Below, in pieces: positions 36,609 to 53,246 of a stretch of DNA of 64,000 bases. The notes below the pieces were generated by a model that made no database searches, was not told where the DNA came from, and was given only the letters and a program-made list of their open reading frames with translations. The position numbers were made by a program, and so were the translations under genes. Each line of letters begins with the position of its first letter. The first letter of the stretch is position 1. This DNA is from Leucoraja ocellata. Lineage: Eukaryota. Where the stretch lies: contig JAWMAR010000082.1 in NCBI GenBank assembly GCA_036785375.1, forward strand, positions 6,882,001-6,946,000. Direction: 5' to 3'.

Positions 36609-39112
36609 CTAAAACAAATTATCCAGAGAAAAAACAATCAGCGTTTTGACATTGAAAAGTTGACGTGAACAATGACTGAATATCGCTCTACCTGGCGACG
36701 TAAAAACGCTGCTCATTTTTAATAAAGGAACACACTAGTTTTCAGATCACCTAAAACGATTTCCCCCAAGGTGGTGCATTAAGGCAATCTATACATATTT
36801 AGAAAGGATATTAAAAACGGGGGAAAAAAACCCAAAGTGAGAATTCTGTCGGCCCGCAACTCTGAATCTGCCGGACACGTTAGATTCGATCATAGAACCT
36901 TTCCTTTAACAAGGTGGGGAGCGCTTGTCATTCCCAGGTATTAATTACATGTCATGTTGAATTTTTATCCTGCATTTTATGAGGGGGGGTGAAGATAGGA
37001 CAAAAAACACCACAAAAAAACGCTAATTGGTAAATATTGCATTTGACTGGCACCAGTCCCCACAGCTATCCATGTTTGGGGAAGTGTAACGGTGCCGTGA
37101 TTTATTTTGTGAGGCGGCGAACCAAGTTTCGGAGTAAAGCAATGTTGTGTCTTAGTTTGTCCTTTCACCTTCCCTCCCACCCCCATCCACGGCCCACAAA
37201 ATAAAAAAGATCCTGCTATTTTTTTTGGTGCGATTTGCGTCTGTGGGGTGAATCTGGTATTTATTTTTCAATTACACACAATGATTTTTTTCTCTAAAAA
37301 GACAGTCTGTGGGTACGGTTGAGTAATTATTGAGCATTCGTTCTAACAGCAGCCAGATGGTGGGAGTTCTAGGTGTGTTCGCCTTCTCCTAGCTCGCCTT
37401 TCAGCGAGTCTTCTCCAGCGAGCAGTGCGCACAAACGCACCACGCTCCTTTACAACTCAGCTAAGCGCATCGGATCCCAGTTCCAAGCTGTCTCTACCCT
37501 TATTATTCAACTAACGAGATCCGCTTTGCTCGCATTGTAACGAGCTGCACCTCCCCACTCCAGATGCTTATTTTCTGATTGTTGTCACTGAAATCAAACA
37601 TGACTAAGTTGGGAATGTTATTGTTCAACCCTCCCAATCGCCCATTCCTGCGCGCTTTTTTTTGGTTCCGCGCTTCTCTTGTTTTCCATTTTGCTGCAGA
37701 AATCCTAATCAGTAAATTAGTTGTTCTGCGCCGTTGATTCTTTGATCGCTTACGTTGCTGTTTTCCATCAATCAAGTGAGATTAACGTTTTTACAAAGCG
37801 CCGTTTGCATCATTAAAATAGTAAGATGCGTGGCCCCGGAGAGTAGATATCTCTTAAAATAACAGTCCCTTCATACCCAGGTATTTAGAAGCAGGGAATA
37901 CACCCTCCTAATTAGGCTACGGTGATCTCGGCAAACGTATACCATTCAGATAAAATGGCAATAATGTCATGTTGTCGCCTCTCAAAAAACACAGAGGAAC
38001 GGCAAGGAGGTTTCTGACCTATTGAAATAACTGTGGCAAGTGGGAAATAGCACTGAGGTCCCCATGATCAGTGTCAATCCCGTGGCAGACTCAGGTCTTT
38101 AATTCCAAAACAAGACATCTATGGGTCATCATAGGATCTGTGCGGGCACTGTTAACAATGTCCCTTGTTTTCCCAACTCGCAAAATCACTGCGTGACCAC
38201 AAACTTAATTAGGAAATTTGAATGATGAGGAAGACATCTGATTCCATGAGATGAATGTAGGGCACGTAACGAGTGTCTCTGCCCCAATAATGCAAAACTA
38301 AACAAGCAAACATAACGGTTTTCAACGGATGGAGGAGTAGGCATTCGGGCAATTTCTTGAATGATGTTCTTTATTTATTTATGATGCCTTTACGACAATT
38401 ACATTACAATGCAATGTAAAACAGAGTGTATTGGGGGATATGCTGAAATGTTTGGCGACTTTCATTGGAAATGTAAACGTGCCGACTCCCGTGGCTAATT
38501 ACTGTGCAGCACTTTTGATCAACCGCACTTATCATCTTTGAAGTTGCAGAAGACAGGCTAAATAATTTAATAAGCAACCGCCTGTAATTATGTTATTTAC
38601 AATGTATGACAGACAGATGATAAAGAAATACAGCTGATCCCAGGAAATGGACTGTTTCGTGACCCCTGGCGCACCCACTCAAAGCTGCAGCTTCTGGGCA
38701 GGGAGAAAATAAAGTGGAGCTGAATTATGGAGAATGGGCTGAGAGGTGAATTGGAACTAGGAGAGAACAAGCTGACTTTTCACCTGAGCGCATTTAACTC
38801 CGCAGACAAATGGAGACGCCAACTTGCTCTACAATAACCAAATCACGCCCTTCTTTACAAAAGTGCAAATTTAACGCGGGATTTTTTTCTGAGGCACACG
38901 TGCATAGTAAAACTTAACTAAACACAATCAATTGTGTTTGATTCCATGACAGGCAATTACATTTAAAAATACTTGCCAAACAAAAAAGTGTCGCTTTCCT
39001 CCACACGCAAGTGAAATCGTGTGCAATGTTAGGCTCTAAAGTTAAAGGAGTTAAGCGTCCGGAAACATTACAGGGTAAAATATGAAAAGTTTTTTTCCCC
39101 CGACTGTCTCAC

Positions 39113-39168
39113 CTGTTTGGTCATAGAATCGATGAGCCTGACGTAGAGGTCTTGTTCTGTTCGCACCC
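39113..39168 (-). CDS. ebf3: EBF3 coding exon 4
   Basis: Acceptor tttatttctAG, donor GTGAG, 56 nt. Encodes (G)VRTEQDLYVRLIDSMTKQ. Confidence 0.96.
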
Positions 39169-39995
39169 CTAGAAATAAAGTAGTATCAAATTTAACGGCA
39201 CAAAAAGAATGAAATTATGAATGGGCCGTCTCAAGATCTAGGTCATTCAAACACAGGAAGGCAAGTTTACATCGCTCTGTTAAAGGGCACTGTTAATTTG
39301 GCAAAATGTGGGAGCTGGTGGCCTTGTAATGAATGCAATAAAACGAGCTGATAGGCGATAAAACGCGAATAAAATATTCGTCAGAGAAATATAAACTGTA
39401 TCCCAGGAAATTCATGATTTTTTGACATTTATTGTAAATTTTATGTTTAGTTGAAATGTGTAATTTGCAGTGATGTGGAGCGTGGAGCGCTGGTCTTTCG
39501 CGGGGCCAATGTTTGTCCCATACTTTGTATATTTTCTTTTAGGACAAGTATCACATTACACTCAAATGGTGATAACTAATGTGACGGATATAGTTAATGT
39601 TTTGTTCATGATACTCATATCTGGAGCACATGGACAATCGTGGAAATCATAAGCACTATCTAAATCTTTTAGGGCTAACAATTTTACTGCCTGTGTTTAA
39701 TTGTTACAATATAGGACAATATGCTGCCCCTTAAGATAACGCCAAAAGGTCATGAGATAAAAAAAACAACATTGAAATGGCACGAGGGCACTACTTCAAG
39801 TGATGAGAACAACATCATGTTCACTTTCAAACCCAAATGTCCGATAAACTAGCAGAAGCGACATTGATATTCTAATCTTTTTAATTTATTTTTAAGCTTA
39901 ATTGCTAGCCAGGTTGAACTTCAAAATTATACAAACAGTGACTTGTATCTACACCACATGCCTCACAACCAAAGTCTATTAAAATAGAAAAATCA

Positions 39996-40097
<102 letters not shown>

Positions 40098-40437
40098 CTA
40101 AAAGCAACCGTTATAAATCAGTAGTTATATAATTCAATGTATTCCATAGTTTATTTTTCATGTCTTTTTAAATATATGTGCTTATAATTAACAGCTTGTT
40201 ATGCCATTCTTTGGCTTGTTAAGTATGCGGCGAGTTCCCGCATTCTAGCAATAGGAAACATTTTGCTTTTAGGCTTTTGTAATAAAATAATATTTACACA
40301 CAATGTCATAAACAGGCAGCTATTTTTCTTAGCAGCCGAGAGCTGTTATAACAAGCAGAACTACACGTGGTTTGGGCGCCTCTTGAGTACCGTTAGGCTT
40401 GTTAGTTATTGTGCACTTAAAGAGAAAATCATTCCTA

Positions 40438-40854
<417 letters not shown>

Positions 40855-40879
40855 TCAGATGGAGGGTAGTATTTGATTA

Positions 40880-41800
<921 letters not shown>

Positions 41801-44800
41801 TGCAGACATTATTATTAACATAATGAATCCTTCAGGAAAAAAAAAATATATATACACACATACACACGGCGGATGCGAATTGTTTGTCTTCAAACAGAAA
41901 TTAAAAGGGTAAAAATTGTTACTTGAAACACACTCTGATCAATAGCGAGAACTTGCGGATGAAGTTTGCACTTAAACTTATAAAATAGCGCGTGGAGAAT
42001 GTGCCTTGACTGGCCTTGACTACAAATGGTTGCTGGACAGTGCAATATATGGCCAGAAAATCAATACAATCCTACATTGAAGCTACCTGACAAATTAATT
42101 ACAAACCTGAATTTTGTGTGTCTCTATGCGTGTAAGTGTGTGCATGTGCATGTTTATGTCTGTGTTGAGAGGGGTGTCTTTAGTGTTTATTTAAAACACA
42201 CGTTCTTATCAAACGACGTGTCTTCTTTATGTAGTTTGTTGTGTGTAAAGTGGCGTATTACAAACATTTTTCCTATCCATGTGATCACATAATCAATTAT
42301 GGGTTAAAGATCTCGGTATGTCCATTGAATCAATATCCAAATTCTGAGGTGCATTTTATATTAACAATATAAGGGGCTGCAATAACGGCGGTGAATCTAC
42401 ACGACGATGTGAAGTTAGATGATACGGTATGAAGATATGCGATCACCGGGAATTCCTGAAGATCCACATGTATTTCTAACTAGATTTTTGTTGACTAAAA
42501 CTAGCCTTTCAGAGATATTAGCTAGTGCCCAGAAGAGGGGACCCTGGGGACGGAGCCTGCCCTCTGCTTTTTTTGTAACTAAAGGTAGGAACCCTGGCTG
42601 GTGGGAGAGAATCAGGGATAGTCACTTACTCAATAATCAGCCCCTTCTCTTCGTTCGTATTAGCACTGCCATCCTTTATTTGACAATTGGCACAGTATGT
42701 ACGCTAATATTTTAATTAATCGGTGAAAATCGAAGTCCGAATTCTGTTATCTGGGGACACCATAACACTTGAATTTCAATAGTCCGCTGAGGGTGAGAAA
42801 GAGATGTGTTAGAGCAATCTATTTTCTGGTGTTGGGGGTTAATGACTATTGCGACAGATAAGTGAATTATCAAAGCTGTTGCTATTCCGATTTCAAAATC
42901 CATTACATTGCTGGCGTCTAATTAAATACGTAAGTATAATAAAATCATATTTTATGGCGATTGAAAGTAATAAGATTAGTCTTCAGAAGCAATCATCACA
43001 TATTAAGATGCCATATAGATCTACAGAATCCTAAGTCTGTATTTTAAAATCAAAACGTGCAGGGAACAATATGCATAATAAATAAAAAGAGATTCTGAGC
43101 TGTAGGAATCAGTGTCGCATCGATCTTGTACATCTGTGTTATTAACACAATTATTACATCTCAACCGAAAATAAAAATAAGTTGCAGAAAGTAAACCTTT
43201 CTTCTATCTAAGTGCGATGTTTGAAACCTGTAAAACGTTTAAGCGCATTTTCATTCTGCGAGTCACTTGTTTTGTACATGTATGCAAAGCTCCGCTATAG
43301 TAAACATGCATTAGTAATTAATGAGTGCAGCAATATAAATATAACATTGGTAATTTTAACACCAGCGAGTCGAAGTGAACACATTTTTTATCAATCATTT
43401 ATTTAATTTTAAATATATTTAAAGTGATTTCCTTCAAATCTGATAAACGTGTTTTGCACCAAGTCAATGACAGTGTTCTCATACCAGATTACACCCGCCG
43501 AGGCGATTTAAATCTGATTACCAAATTATAGGGTTTTAGCCAAATCCTTTTAAAGCTGACTGTAAAACGTAACCTGGAAAGTTCCGCAAAACCGTCACAG
43601 AGGCTCCATCCGCGCTGCAGCCAAAGAGTTTTAAAACGTATTGGACAACAAATGCAGCTGCACCACTATTTTTTTTTGAAGATATTAGGCGAAAATTAAT
43701 GCAAATCTGTGTTCAGAAGCCATCTGGCCAGAATAGGGGAATCAGCTGTTCCTCACAACAGGGTTTGGGCTGAATATATTTCGCTCATTTTCTATTCTCA
43801 TCTGGTGTGGCCGACGACTGCTCCAGACGATAGCGTGGAAAATACAACCTTTATCGCCCACCCCAAATTTACCATTTTGACAAACTGCTTGCAACAACCC
43901 AAATTTAATCGAGGGGAAATGTGACGACTCCGTATTGACACAACAATTTACCGCTGCCATTTCTTGTAGGGGAAGGGTCGCATAAAAGCGACTCTAACTT
44001 AATCTCTTCAATATAAAGTGACTTTGGCGTTCAGACAAATAACTTTCCCGTGTTTTGAGAGCGCTTTAAAATTTTCCAGGTAGCCTTTGTTCCCGGTGAG
44101 GGGAATAGTAGCAGCACATTCGCCCGAATAGCACCTTAAAGCATCTACAATTACACACGCGCCTTCCTCTTTGCAAGTAAGCAGCTCCATCCAAAATGAA
44201 GCGAGACTGTCGAACGATGTATTCTGCTGGAAAAAAAAGTGAACCCGCGGAACACATTTAAATAATTTACCACAATGGAGTAGGACAATGAGCCAGACAG
44301 TTTTATGAGCTGTTTGTTGTCAAATATTGTTTGAATTATCTGGTTTATATATATATATTTTAAATCACACTGGGCAGTGGGTACAGTTGCGTGTGGTGAA
44401 ATACTAGGGGAATCAGTCGGGTTCTTAGTTTGTGGAGTGAGCTAGCTAGCAACCACTGTTGGACAAAGAGAGCCAGAAGCTTGCGGGATTGAATCGGATT
44501 TGCATGGTCCAGTCAAAGACCTCCCGAAGTAACGATCCTCCGTATTATGTGAAGTGTTCCTTTTGTAAATTTACGGTGAGGGGTTGAATGATACACATAA
44601 TTTGCATATAAATAGCGACATCAAGCGATTCGCGTGCCACACACCAGTGGTCCCCCAGATGTCAAGGCAAAGCCAGTCAGATGGACACTGGGAGTTCCAT
44701 GTCCCCCGCGCCAGCTGTCCCCTCCTCGCCGATCATACCAGTGCACACTGCAAAATCACAATCGCCAAGCGAGCACACTGCTTTTCACCAAATCTCCCGC

Positions 44801-47800
44801 TTTGCCTTCTTGCTTTAACCCTCAACCCCGTTTTACAAACGTTGTTTTGTGTTGGACACTCGACAGCCTTTGTTCACTTATAATGTAGTGGTTTTAGATG
44901 TTATCCCCCCTCCCCTCCCCCCCACCCCTCAATAAAAAAAAGTAGACGTCTTCTAAATGATTAAAACTGAGCTAATTGTTGGTGTTTACAAGTCCTCCTC
45001 TCACCTCCTTTTTTTTTTAAAGACAAAAAAATATTCCTAACTGACTTTTAAAACAAAATACTTAGACCAAGTACACCTCCGCTCGCGGGCGCTCAGGGCC
45101 ATTTAGCGCATACATAAGGGCAGTTTTCAAATAAAGGTAACAAAATCGTGGTGTGCCTAAAACTTGCTGTGAAGATGACACAAAGGGCCACAATATAAAC
45201 TGGAGTGATACGGCGCGAGGTGAGAACGGGAGGGGAAATCTTTTACTGCAGTATGTAATATACATTCAATGCGTATCACACCAATTGTCTATTGCATGCC
45301 CCGATCCCAGTTAGACACTTTTAATTGACCGCAATATATTTTCCAACTTACGCGAAATAAACAAATAGCAAGCCCGCATCATTTTTTTATTCTCTCGAAG
45401 AAACCGTACAGCAGTCATTCGGGAACCTCCAGCGCACCCATAATAAAAACTACATATTAACTGATCGATTAAAAATGTTCGGTTCCCTTTATGCAGTTCA
45501 GCCTCCATATAGATGTTATGACAGAACTTACATTTTAAAAAATAGCACGAATCATAAATGAGTTCTCCGCACTAACATATAACCACGCATTATGTTGATT
45601 ATATTGTGGCTTTGATCAATTGAAACTACGGTGAGTTGATATTTTGAGCATTTCCCCCACCGAAAGGGCTATTCTATGAAGCGCCTTGCAGAGATTTAGC
45701 GGAAAGTCTCAATCCCTGTTTTCACGTTACAACCTGTAAGGTGCATATTTGACAAATAGCGCCGCCTCGGGAGGGCCGGAGATTCGGCTTTGGGATCAAT
45801 CTGGACTCCATGAAGAGCTCGCCAACATCGCGAACGTGGAAAGGAGCCCGCTGCTCACACTAAGATTTCCTTACCAACTTTCCCCGAATATCCCTCATGC
45901 ACCTTTACGCGCCCACCAGACGCATCTCACTCCCGTTCTCAGGTGCCCGCTTCTGAATGCCTGCAACTTTAAAGCTTTTATTTAAAAAATTCCGCCGCGC
46001 ATTAATTAATATCCAAATCGGCAACTTTTGTTTTTGTGGGAACAGAAACGCACGAATCGACTGCATCTCTCAAAATAGTTCCCTGAACGCGCTGCAGAGT
46101 TTCATCATTGAGATCGCTACGGCATGGGTAGCAATTTATAAATGGCAATGATGTAGTAACGCGCGAGAGGTCGATTTGTCCACTCTATGCAACTTTTTCA
46201 ACACTTTCTGCTTGTGAGGTGAATAACCCGCGGCCACTGTCTTAGAAAAGTGGTCAGTCTATGAAGAGTGGGGCAAATGTCAAAGCGGATGGCAGCGGGG
46301 AGAGAAATATCAGTCGTAGATAGTGCCCGACAGTCAGAAAAAAAACGTGCAAAAGTCCTTCTTGTAAACGGGGCACCTTCTCACAACTGAGAGCGCTGCT
46401 GCTACAGCTACTTCCGAGGTTATACCTGAACGCATTTTGGCATATCCCTGAGTGACAAGAAACTTCAACAATTATACATATCGGGAAATACTGGTAAATA
46501 TCTCAAACTTGATCAGTGAAATGCGCAAATTTCAGAGCCATCCCGACAATTCGGGGTCTCAGACATTGCGCATCTAGGTGGATGGGGGGTCAATGAAACG
46601 TCCGGTCTAGAGACAAATTGGTTCACTAAAATCTCGCAAGGTTCAATAATAAATCAGCCCAAAGTACCAACTTTAATTTGTCCCCCACCTCAGGAAGTTC
46701 GCTGCATTGTGCAAATTGAAGCTTCGCGGTCTCAGGCAAAGCAGAGGTGGAATTTGGATGAAGAAGGATCGATTGCGTTATTTTAAATATTGTAATGCCC
46801 TTTAATAAAACACACTTCGTTTTAATTAATTCTGATATTATTTTGTAAGTGCCCGGACGTTGATGTCATATTTAATATGTTCAATCCAGATGTGATGCCT
46901 AGCGCAAGACAGTCAGTGATGAAGTGTAGCTTCAGTTCAACTCATTGAGGAGAACTGTATAACACTGCTGTGGGGACTGGACTTTTGCATTCCAATTGCA
47001 AAAACACGAATTCAAATGTGACTATTTTGAAATAGCCGATACGTAATATATATTTCAAAACTCTATCTTTTAAAATCGGGTACCATAGACAATGAACTAT
47101 ATACACTCGTAACCAATAGCGAAACTTTCAATCTGCTGCGCTTGACGGTATTGTATCTAAAATTTAAATGTTCGCAGATAAAATCCAAACCCCTCATTTT
47201 AACAGACTACGTATTCTAATCGCGTGTCTCCTGTAGTATAGGCGCTGCATAGGAAAATAATTTCCATTAAAATTTGGTATATTCTCATACTAATAGAACT
47301 ATTGATTGGAAAGCTGTTGCCAATTTACTTTTTGTAATGCCACGCCGCAATTTGCATTTATTCAACAGATCGTAATGAAGAAAGAAAGCTGGGCGGTTTG
47401 GCTGCCGAAAGCGTAGCTGGGGGGCAATGCAAGAACATAGATTGCTTCCAGTCAATTAATATGCAGTTTGTCCCAATAAAGCAAGGAGTGGAAATAAAAT
47501 AAGACACTGCGGGCTTCCTCACTATTAAGATTAGTCAACGAGATTTCCAAATTTGTTGTTAGGGATGAGATGCTCCTCTAACTGACAGTAATTTGTTAAA
47601 CTACCAGAGATGCGCCCGCACACTTGAAACTGCCAGTAAGGTATTACCCTTGAACTAGATCTAAATTATTCAGCAGGTTAATTTACTTGAAGAAAACATG
47701 GGACAAAGTTAAATACAGTATTACATCCTGGAATGTGTTTGCTTGCACATAATTTGGAAGGAATGAATACTATGAGTTAGAACAAAGTTTGATTCTAATA

Positions 47801-48896
47801 CATTGGCTTAGTGAAATTAATTTGAAGAAGGGGAACAATATTTGCTGTAGGAAATTGCACGATAGGTCCATGAATGGCAAACATGCTTAATCTGCATTTT
47901 TTACAGCTAATTTTTGCTTTTGACGGGGGCACGTTTTCTCGCTACATTTAGAGTTAGCGTTTTAACGCAGATGGCATCAATGAATAACAAGAGATAGGCT
48001 AACTTCTTGCAATCACAGATATTAGCAACGCTTTTGGATAGCGATCAAAAATCTCAACTCTCGTACCATGGTGACAGTGCGCCACCTAAAGGAACCTTTG
48101 CATATAAGCAGGATAACAACTTAAAGAGTTTAAAACTTAAACTAGACCGTTCATTTTTTTGAAATCTCACATTTAAAACAAAATGCTCTGAATATCTTCT
48201 AAGGATATCTTTTCCTAAAATGCAATGGTAGTCAATAGTTCATTTGCGTTGATCAATTTTGTTTCATGAAGAATACTGAAGAAAGCGCACCCCCAAAGAA
48301 CGTGTTAACGAAGCATAAACCTTCCGCAATATAATCAAATGGATGAAGAGTGGCCACTTTCTGATTATTGATTATGGCAAGAGAGAAGACTGCAAAGTTA
48401 ATGACTTAACCTCAGAAGTGACTGGTGGGCTGAAGCGACTGGTCGCTCAGATGGCTTTTGCTCGAGTTTTTTGTTGCTATTTTTTATATTTTAACATCAA
48501 TCTGGATTTGAGCTCGATGAACTCAACTTCACCTACTGGACATTAAATGCACTATCAAGGAAATTAGCACCTTGAATAAATCAACAATATTCCTGACAGA
48601 TCGATCAATTTGTGGTTGTTTACTTTTTAGAATTGATTCGTGGCTATTATAATAATACTTTAAACACTCTACCTTTTACGCTGCAGGACATGATTGAGGA
48701 TATAGTTTCAACCTTAAAACCGAATGAAGAATTGCCATCAGTGACAGCATTTACATTCACATAAAATTGATTTGTTTTAAACTTTTAACTGTTGATGTCG
48801 TTTATCACACCGTGCAAATAACGAAGGGATGTTTGGGATGCATTTAATCAGCATAATGAATGTAATCCAAATACTTACGTAACAAATTGTTAATAA

Positions 48897-49400
48897 ATAG
48901 AACACATAGAAACATAGAACGTAGAACATTTGGCCCTTCGTGCCCGCACCGCCATTCATTGTGATTATGGCTGATCATCCACAATCAGTAACCCGTGCCC
49001 GCCTTCTCCCCATATCCCTTTATCCCGCTAGCCCCTAGAGCTCTATCTAACTCTCTTTTAAATTCATCCAGTGAATTGGCCTCTACTGCCTTCTGTGGCA
49101 GAGAAATTTTCAACTCTCTGGGTGAAAAAGTTTTTTTCTCATCTCAGTTTTAAATGGCCTTCCCTTTATTCTTAGACCGTGGCCACTGGTTTTGGATTCC
49201 CCCAACATTAGGAACATTTTCCGGTCCTTTTATAATTTTAATTTTCTATTAAGATAGCCTCTCATCCTTCTGAATTCCAATGAATACAAGCCCAGACTTT
49301 CCAATCTTTCATCATATGACAGTCCCGCCAACCCGGGGATTAACCTCGTGAACCTACGTCCACTCCCTTGATAGCAAGGATGTCCTTCCTCAAATTAGGA
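48897..49400 (-). mobile_element. CR1 LINE 3' end
   Basis: catagaaacatagaac tail. Reverse strand shows cctaatttgaggaaggacatccttgcta (PNLRKDILA) and the FFTQRV region. Confidence 0.9.
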
Positions 49401-50180
49401 ATGAAAATTAAGAATTAAGAAACACAAGGATGAAAAATTCGAAAAAGTTGCAAAATGTAATTTATTGTATATTAATATTATCCGTTATAAATACATAACA
49501 CATATCTGTAATAAATGTCCATGAAATGCAAACATGCATCAATGTATAATAATCTGTAAATTCATTATTTAATGGACGTGTTCAAACAAATTATTTTGGA
49601 GAAACATTGAAAACGCCTCATGAGCTGCTGGTAACGTTCTTACGAACTAAATGTGAATTGTACCAAATAACACCGAAAGGGATGTTTAAACGCAAAATAA
49701 AGAGAGCGCATCTGACTATAACCTATAACTGAGACTGTTATGGCATGTCAAGGTAGTGTGAAATCTAGAACATCGCTTACCTTTCATGGATAATTAGACA
49801 CTAGACAGATTTTCCTTTAAAGCCAAAGTCGGAACTATTTACCCGTCATGTTGTGTTTATTTATGTTCTGTGAAAGCGTGATCCTGGACTAGTTTACTTA
49901 CTTACAAGGAAAATCTTTGCAATTTCTGCCTACATCTCAAATTGGGGGTCGCCTGGCCAGTGCAAACCCCGCACAGACGCAAGCGCAGTCCGGGGAGGCG
50001 GGATGTAGCTTGTGCTTCGTGGCTTTGTCTTTGACAGTGTTCAAGTAATCGGGGAAGGGGATGAGCGACTACGAGCAAAGAACTTCAGACAAGCAGGGGG
50101 TTCCATTGAGTCTTGAGCCGCGGGTGCACTTTCTCCAGCAAGGGCAGAGGTCCATATTTTTTTTAAAGGACAGCCTACCA

Positions 50181-50200
50181 CCCCCCCCCCCCCCCCCCCC
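50181..50200. repeat. Poly(C) homopolymer
   Basis: Run of 20 C; source of the poly-Pro in spurious ORF 50061..50330. Confidence 0.9.
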
Positions 50201-52593
50201 ACTACCCCTCAGGATAAATGCAAATGTTATGACAACTTCTCAAGTGTTGAAGGTTAAACATTTAAGTGTTTTAAAAGTGTCAGAATCTGAGCGAACGTTG
50301 ACTGAAGCTGTGCGCGACTTCCTGAAGTAACTGTCTTTGCCCAACAGTGTTCAATTCCCTTGCTCAGTGAACTATTGGAAAGCGGGTCACGGTGTGAAAG
50401 GGCACGTACCAGGTGACCCTGGAGTTCAGTTCAAATGTGGCAGTCGTTCCACAGGGGACAGCAACAAGCAACCTTACAAAACTTCCCAGCACTCACACAC
50501 ATGTCTGTCATTCAAGTGAATGCGAACAGGGTGTGGAGCAAGCCTTGCCACAGAGTTAAAGGCATGAAGCAGGAACAATTCAAAAGGTCCATAATGGTGA
50601 CCACACATCATTTGCATTTACCTTTCATTCTTTGGAATAATTTACGCTGGTGACCCATCCATCCTCTGCACATCATAATTTTCATCCAATTGTATCAAAA
50701 TTGTTGAACCTTTAGGAGAAACCTAAACAAAAAAAACTATAAATTGCTTTTAAAACTACAAGAAATAATTTTGAGAATACAAGTTATGGTCAGGCATTGA
50801 AAGGTCGGCTACCTGTAAACTCTGTTTCTGTTTGTTTTAGTGAAATAAATTAAATAAAAATGTCAATGTCTGTTCAGAATGTGCAAAAAAAATGATAAAA
50901 AAATAAGGCTTTACACAAAATTAAACAGCCTTGGCATCAGCATTATGGGGTGTGCATGTATTTAACAATATAATTACATGAAAAGGGTTACTTTTGAGTG
51001 AGCTGGCAGCTAATTAAGGTGTTCCGATTATGTCAAAAACCATTAAGGGGAAAGTTCAAGTAGACCATAAACATGGTCTGAACTTTGAGATACGGCAATA
51101 CTATTTAACTCACACTTTGGTACCTATTATGTTTCCAGATCATTATGCCACTTATAGCTAATTAGGAAGCTGATTTTATGATGTCAGAAGACATTCAACA
51201 GTCTGAGAGGCATGGGACATTCATTCACCAGCAGTCTGTGTTCCGTTTCCATGGGAACGTAAACCTTAAATCCAATGTTGGAATTCTGCAATCAAGTATT
51301 TTTTAAACAGCAATGTTTTTGCTCCCCAGAGGTCACACAATATAGTCATTAAATTAATGGTAATCAGAAATAGTGTCTGCAATATATTTTCCTTAAATGA
51401 TTTCTAAAACAATATTGCATTTTGCAATATTTATAAAATTATTATTTTTTAAAGTAAGTTGAATATCTTCTCTCCAGTTCTTGTGTTAATCCATTTGGTT
51501 GAAATGTCAGAATTCCAGAGTACAGGCAAAATGCAAAGCAAGGAACTTACAATTCAGTTTAAGATGTTCTTATTTAATATTATGTTAAAATATATGTTAC
51601 ATGACACTTACCACAATTTAAAAATGTACTTTTTAAACTTTTTGCTTGTTTGGAGCGTATCAGCACTGTGGTGAATGATGCCTGGAGAATTATGTTATAT
51701 TCTGCAAGTCGTTGTACGTGTGACTGTAACTTGCGAATGTCACAAGTGTTTTGAAAGTAGAGTATATTGTAAAGGAACACAATTGCTTCAAGTGAGCATT
51801 AATGCATGGTAATTATGCCCTTTTGCTCCGATTGTTCACCTGGACTAAATCATAGCTCTCAGCAACATTGATAAAAATAATCTGGAATATTTATTTTTAC
51901 CATAATGCGTAAAAAGTAATAGTCTACCACAACATAGCCTTACAAATATATAAGCACACATTTTAAGAAAAGTATTGAATGCTTTGCCATTAATGCTCTA
52001 TTGTTAACTAATAATGTAACCCACCACATTGTCCATTTAAATGCCATTAAAATAATGGTGTTTGATATTCTTTCAGTCAAGTAAATGAATTCAACTTTCA
52101 TTATTAGCTTTGAAAATAATAGTTTTTTTGCATACGATTGGAACACATTTCCCTTTAGCATGTATAATACTAATTTTTAATAAATGTTGAAATTAGAATT
52201 AGTATCAGAAAATATAAACATCCATACAACATTTTATATTGCATTTAATAGGCTAATTTAATCTTATTGTTCTGATTTCGGTGCACTATTGTATTCATTA
52301 TCACTTATTATGCAGTTATTATTAATGCAAGCTAAATACAGCAATAAAGCTGAATCCTGAGTGTTTGAGCATTACAGATATTTTGTACTTTGTTACCATA
52401 GTCTCAATTGACAACGGGAAATATGCAAATGTAGGGTGATTACACCAAAAATCATTCATTAGTCGTGATTCACAATTTGTTAATCTGGATCAAAACTTTA
52501 TACTTTCTTAAACAATGGACGTACATTTTTTTGTCATTTATTGTCATTTCTGGTGCAGGGAGAGCGTCAGAATACTTAGCTTCCTTCACATTA

Positions 52594-53038
52594 CATAACC
52601 ATATAACCATATAACAATTACAGCATGGAAACAGGCCATCTCAGCCCTACAAGTCCATGCCGACACAACTTTTTTTCCCTTAGTCCCACCTGCCTGCACT
52701 CATACCATAACCCTCCATTCCCTTCATCCATATGCCTATCCAATTTATTTTTAAATGATACCAACGAACCTGCCTCCACCACTTCCACTGGAAGCTCATT
52801 CCACACCGCTACCACTCTCTGAGTAAAGAAGTTCCTCCTCATGTTACCCCTAAACTTCTGTCCCTTCATTCTGAAGTCATGACCTCTTGTTTGAATCTTC
52901 CCTATTCTCAAAGGGAAAAGCTTGTCCACATCAACTCTGTCTATCCCTCTCATCATTTTAAAGACCTCTATCAAGTCCCCCCTTAACCTTCTGCGCTCCA
53001 GAGAATAAAGACCTAACTTATTCAACCTATCTCTGTAG
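52594..53038 (-). mobile_element. CR1 LINE 3' end, relatively young
   Basis: ORF 52618..53091 reads YRDRLNKLGLYSLERRRLRGDLIEVFKMMRG...TRGH...RNFFTQRVVAVWNELP; (CCATATAA)n tail. Confidence 0.93.
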
Positions 53039-53246
53039 TATCTGCAGTAATATCTCTTGAATAGCCTGGGACCTGTAGTTGGTGAGCACAATTCATAGGT
53101 GCTGTTGGAGCTAGTAGAGAATTATCAATATAGTTTCCTATGCCAGTGCAATGAGCTATACTTACCAGCTGCTAAATTCTCAGTGTTTAGCAAGGACAAG
53201 ACAAGGCATTCATCTTTTTTAAAATGGATGAACCAAATACCTTTTT

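Noticed and set aside
38920-38939. Palindrome aaacacaat-ca-attgtgttt as a SOX dimer site
   Set aside because: The spacing is shorter than typical SoxE dimer sites, and a 9-bp AT-rich palindrome can arise by chance in 64 kb.
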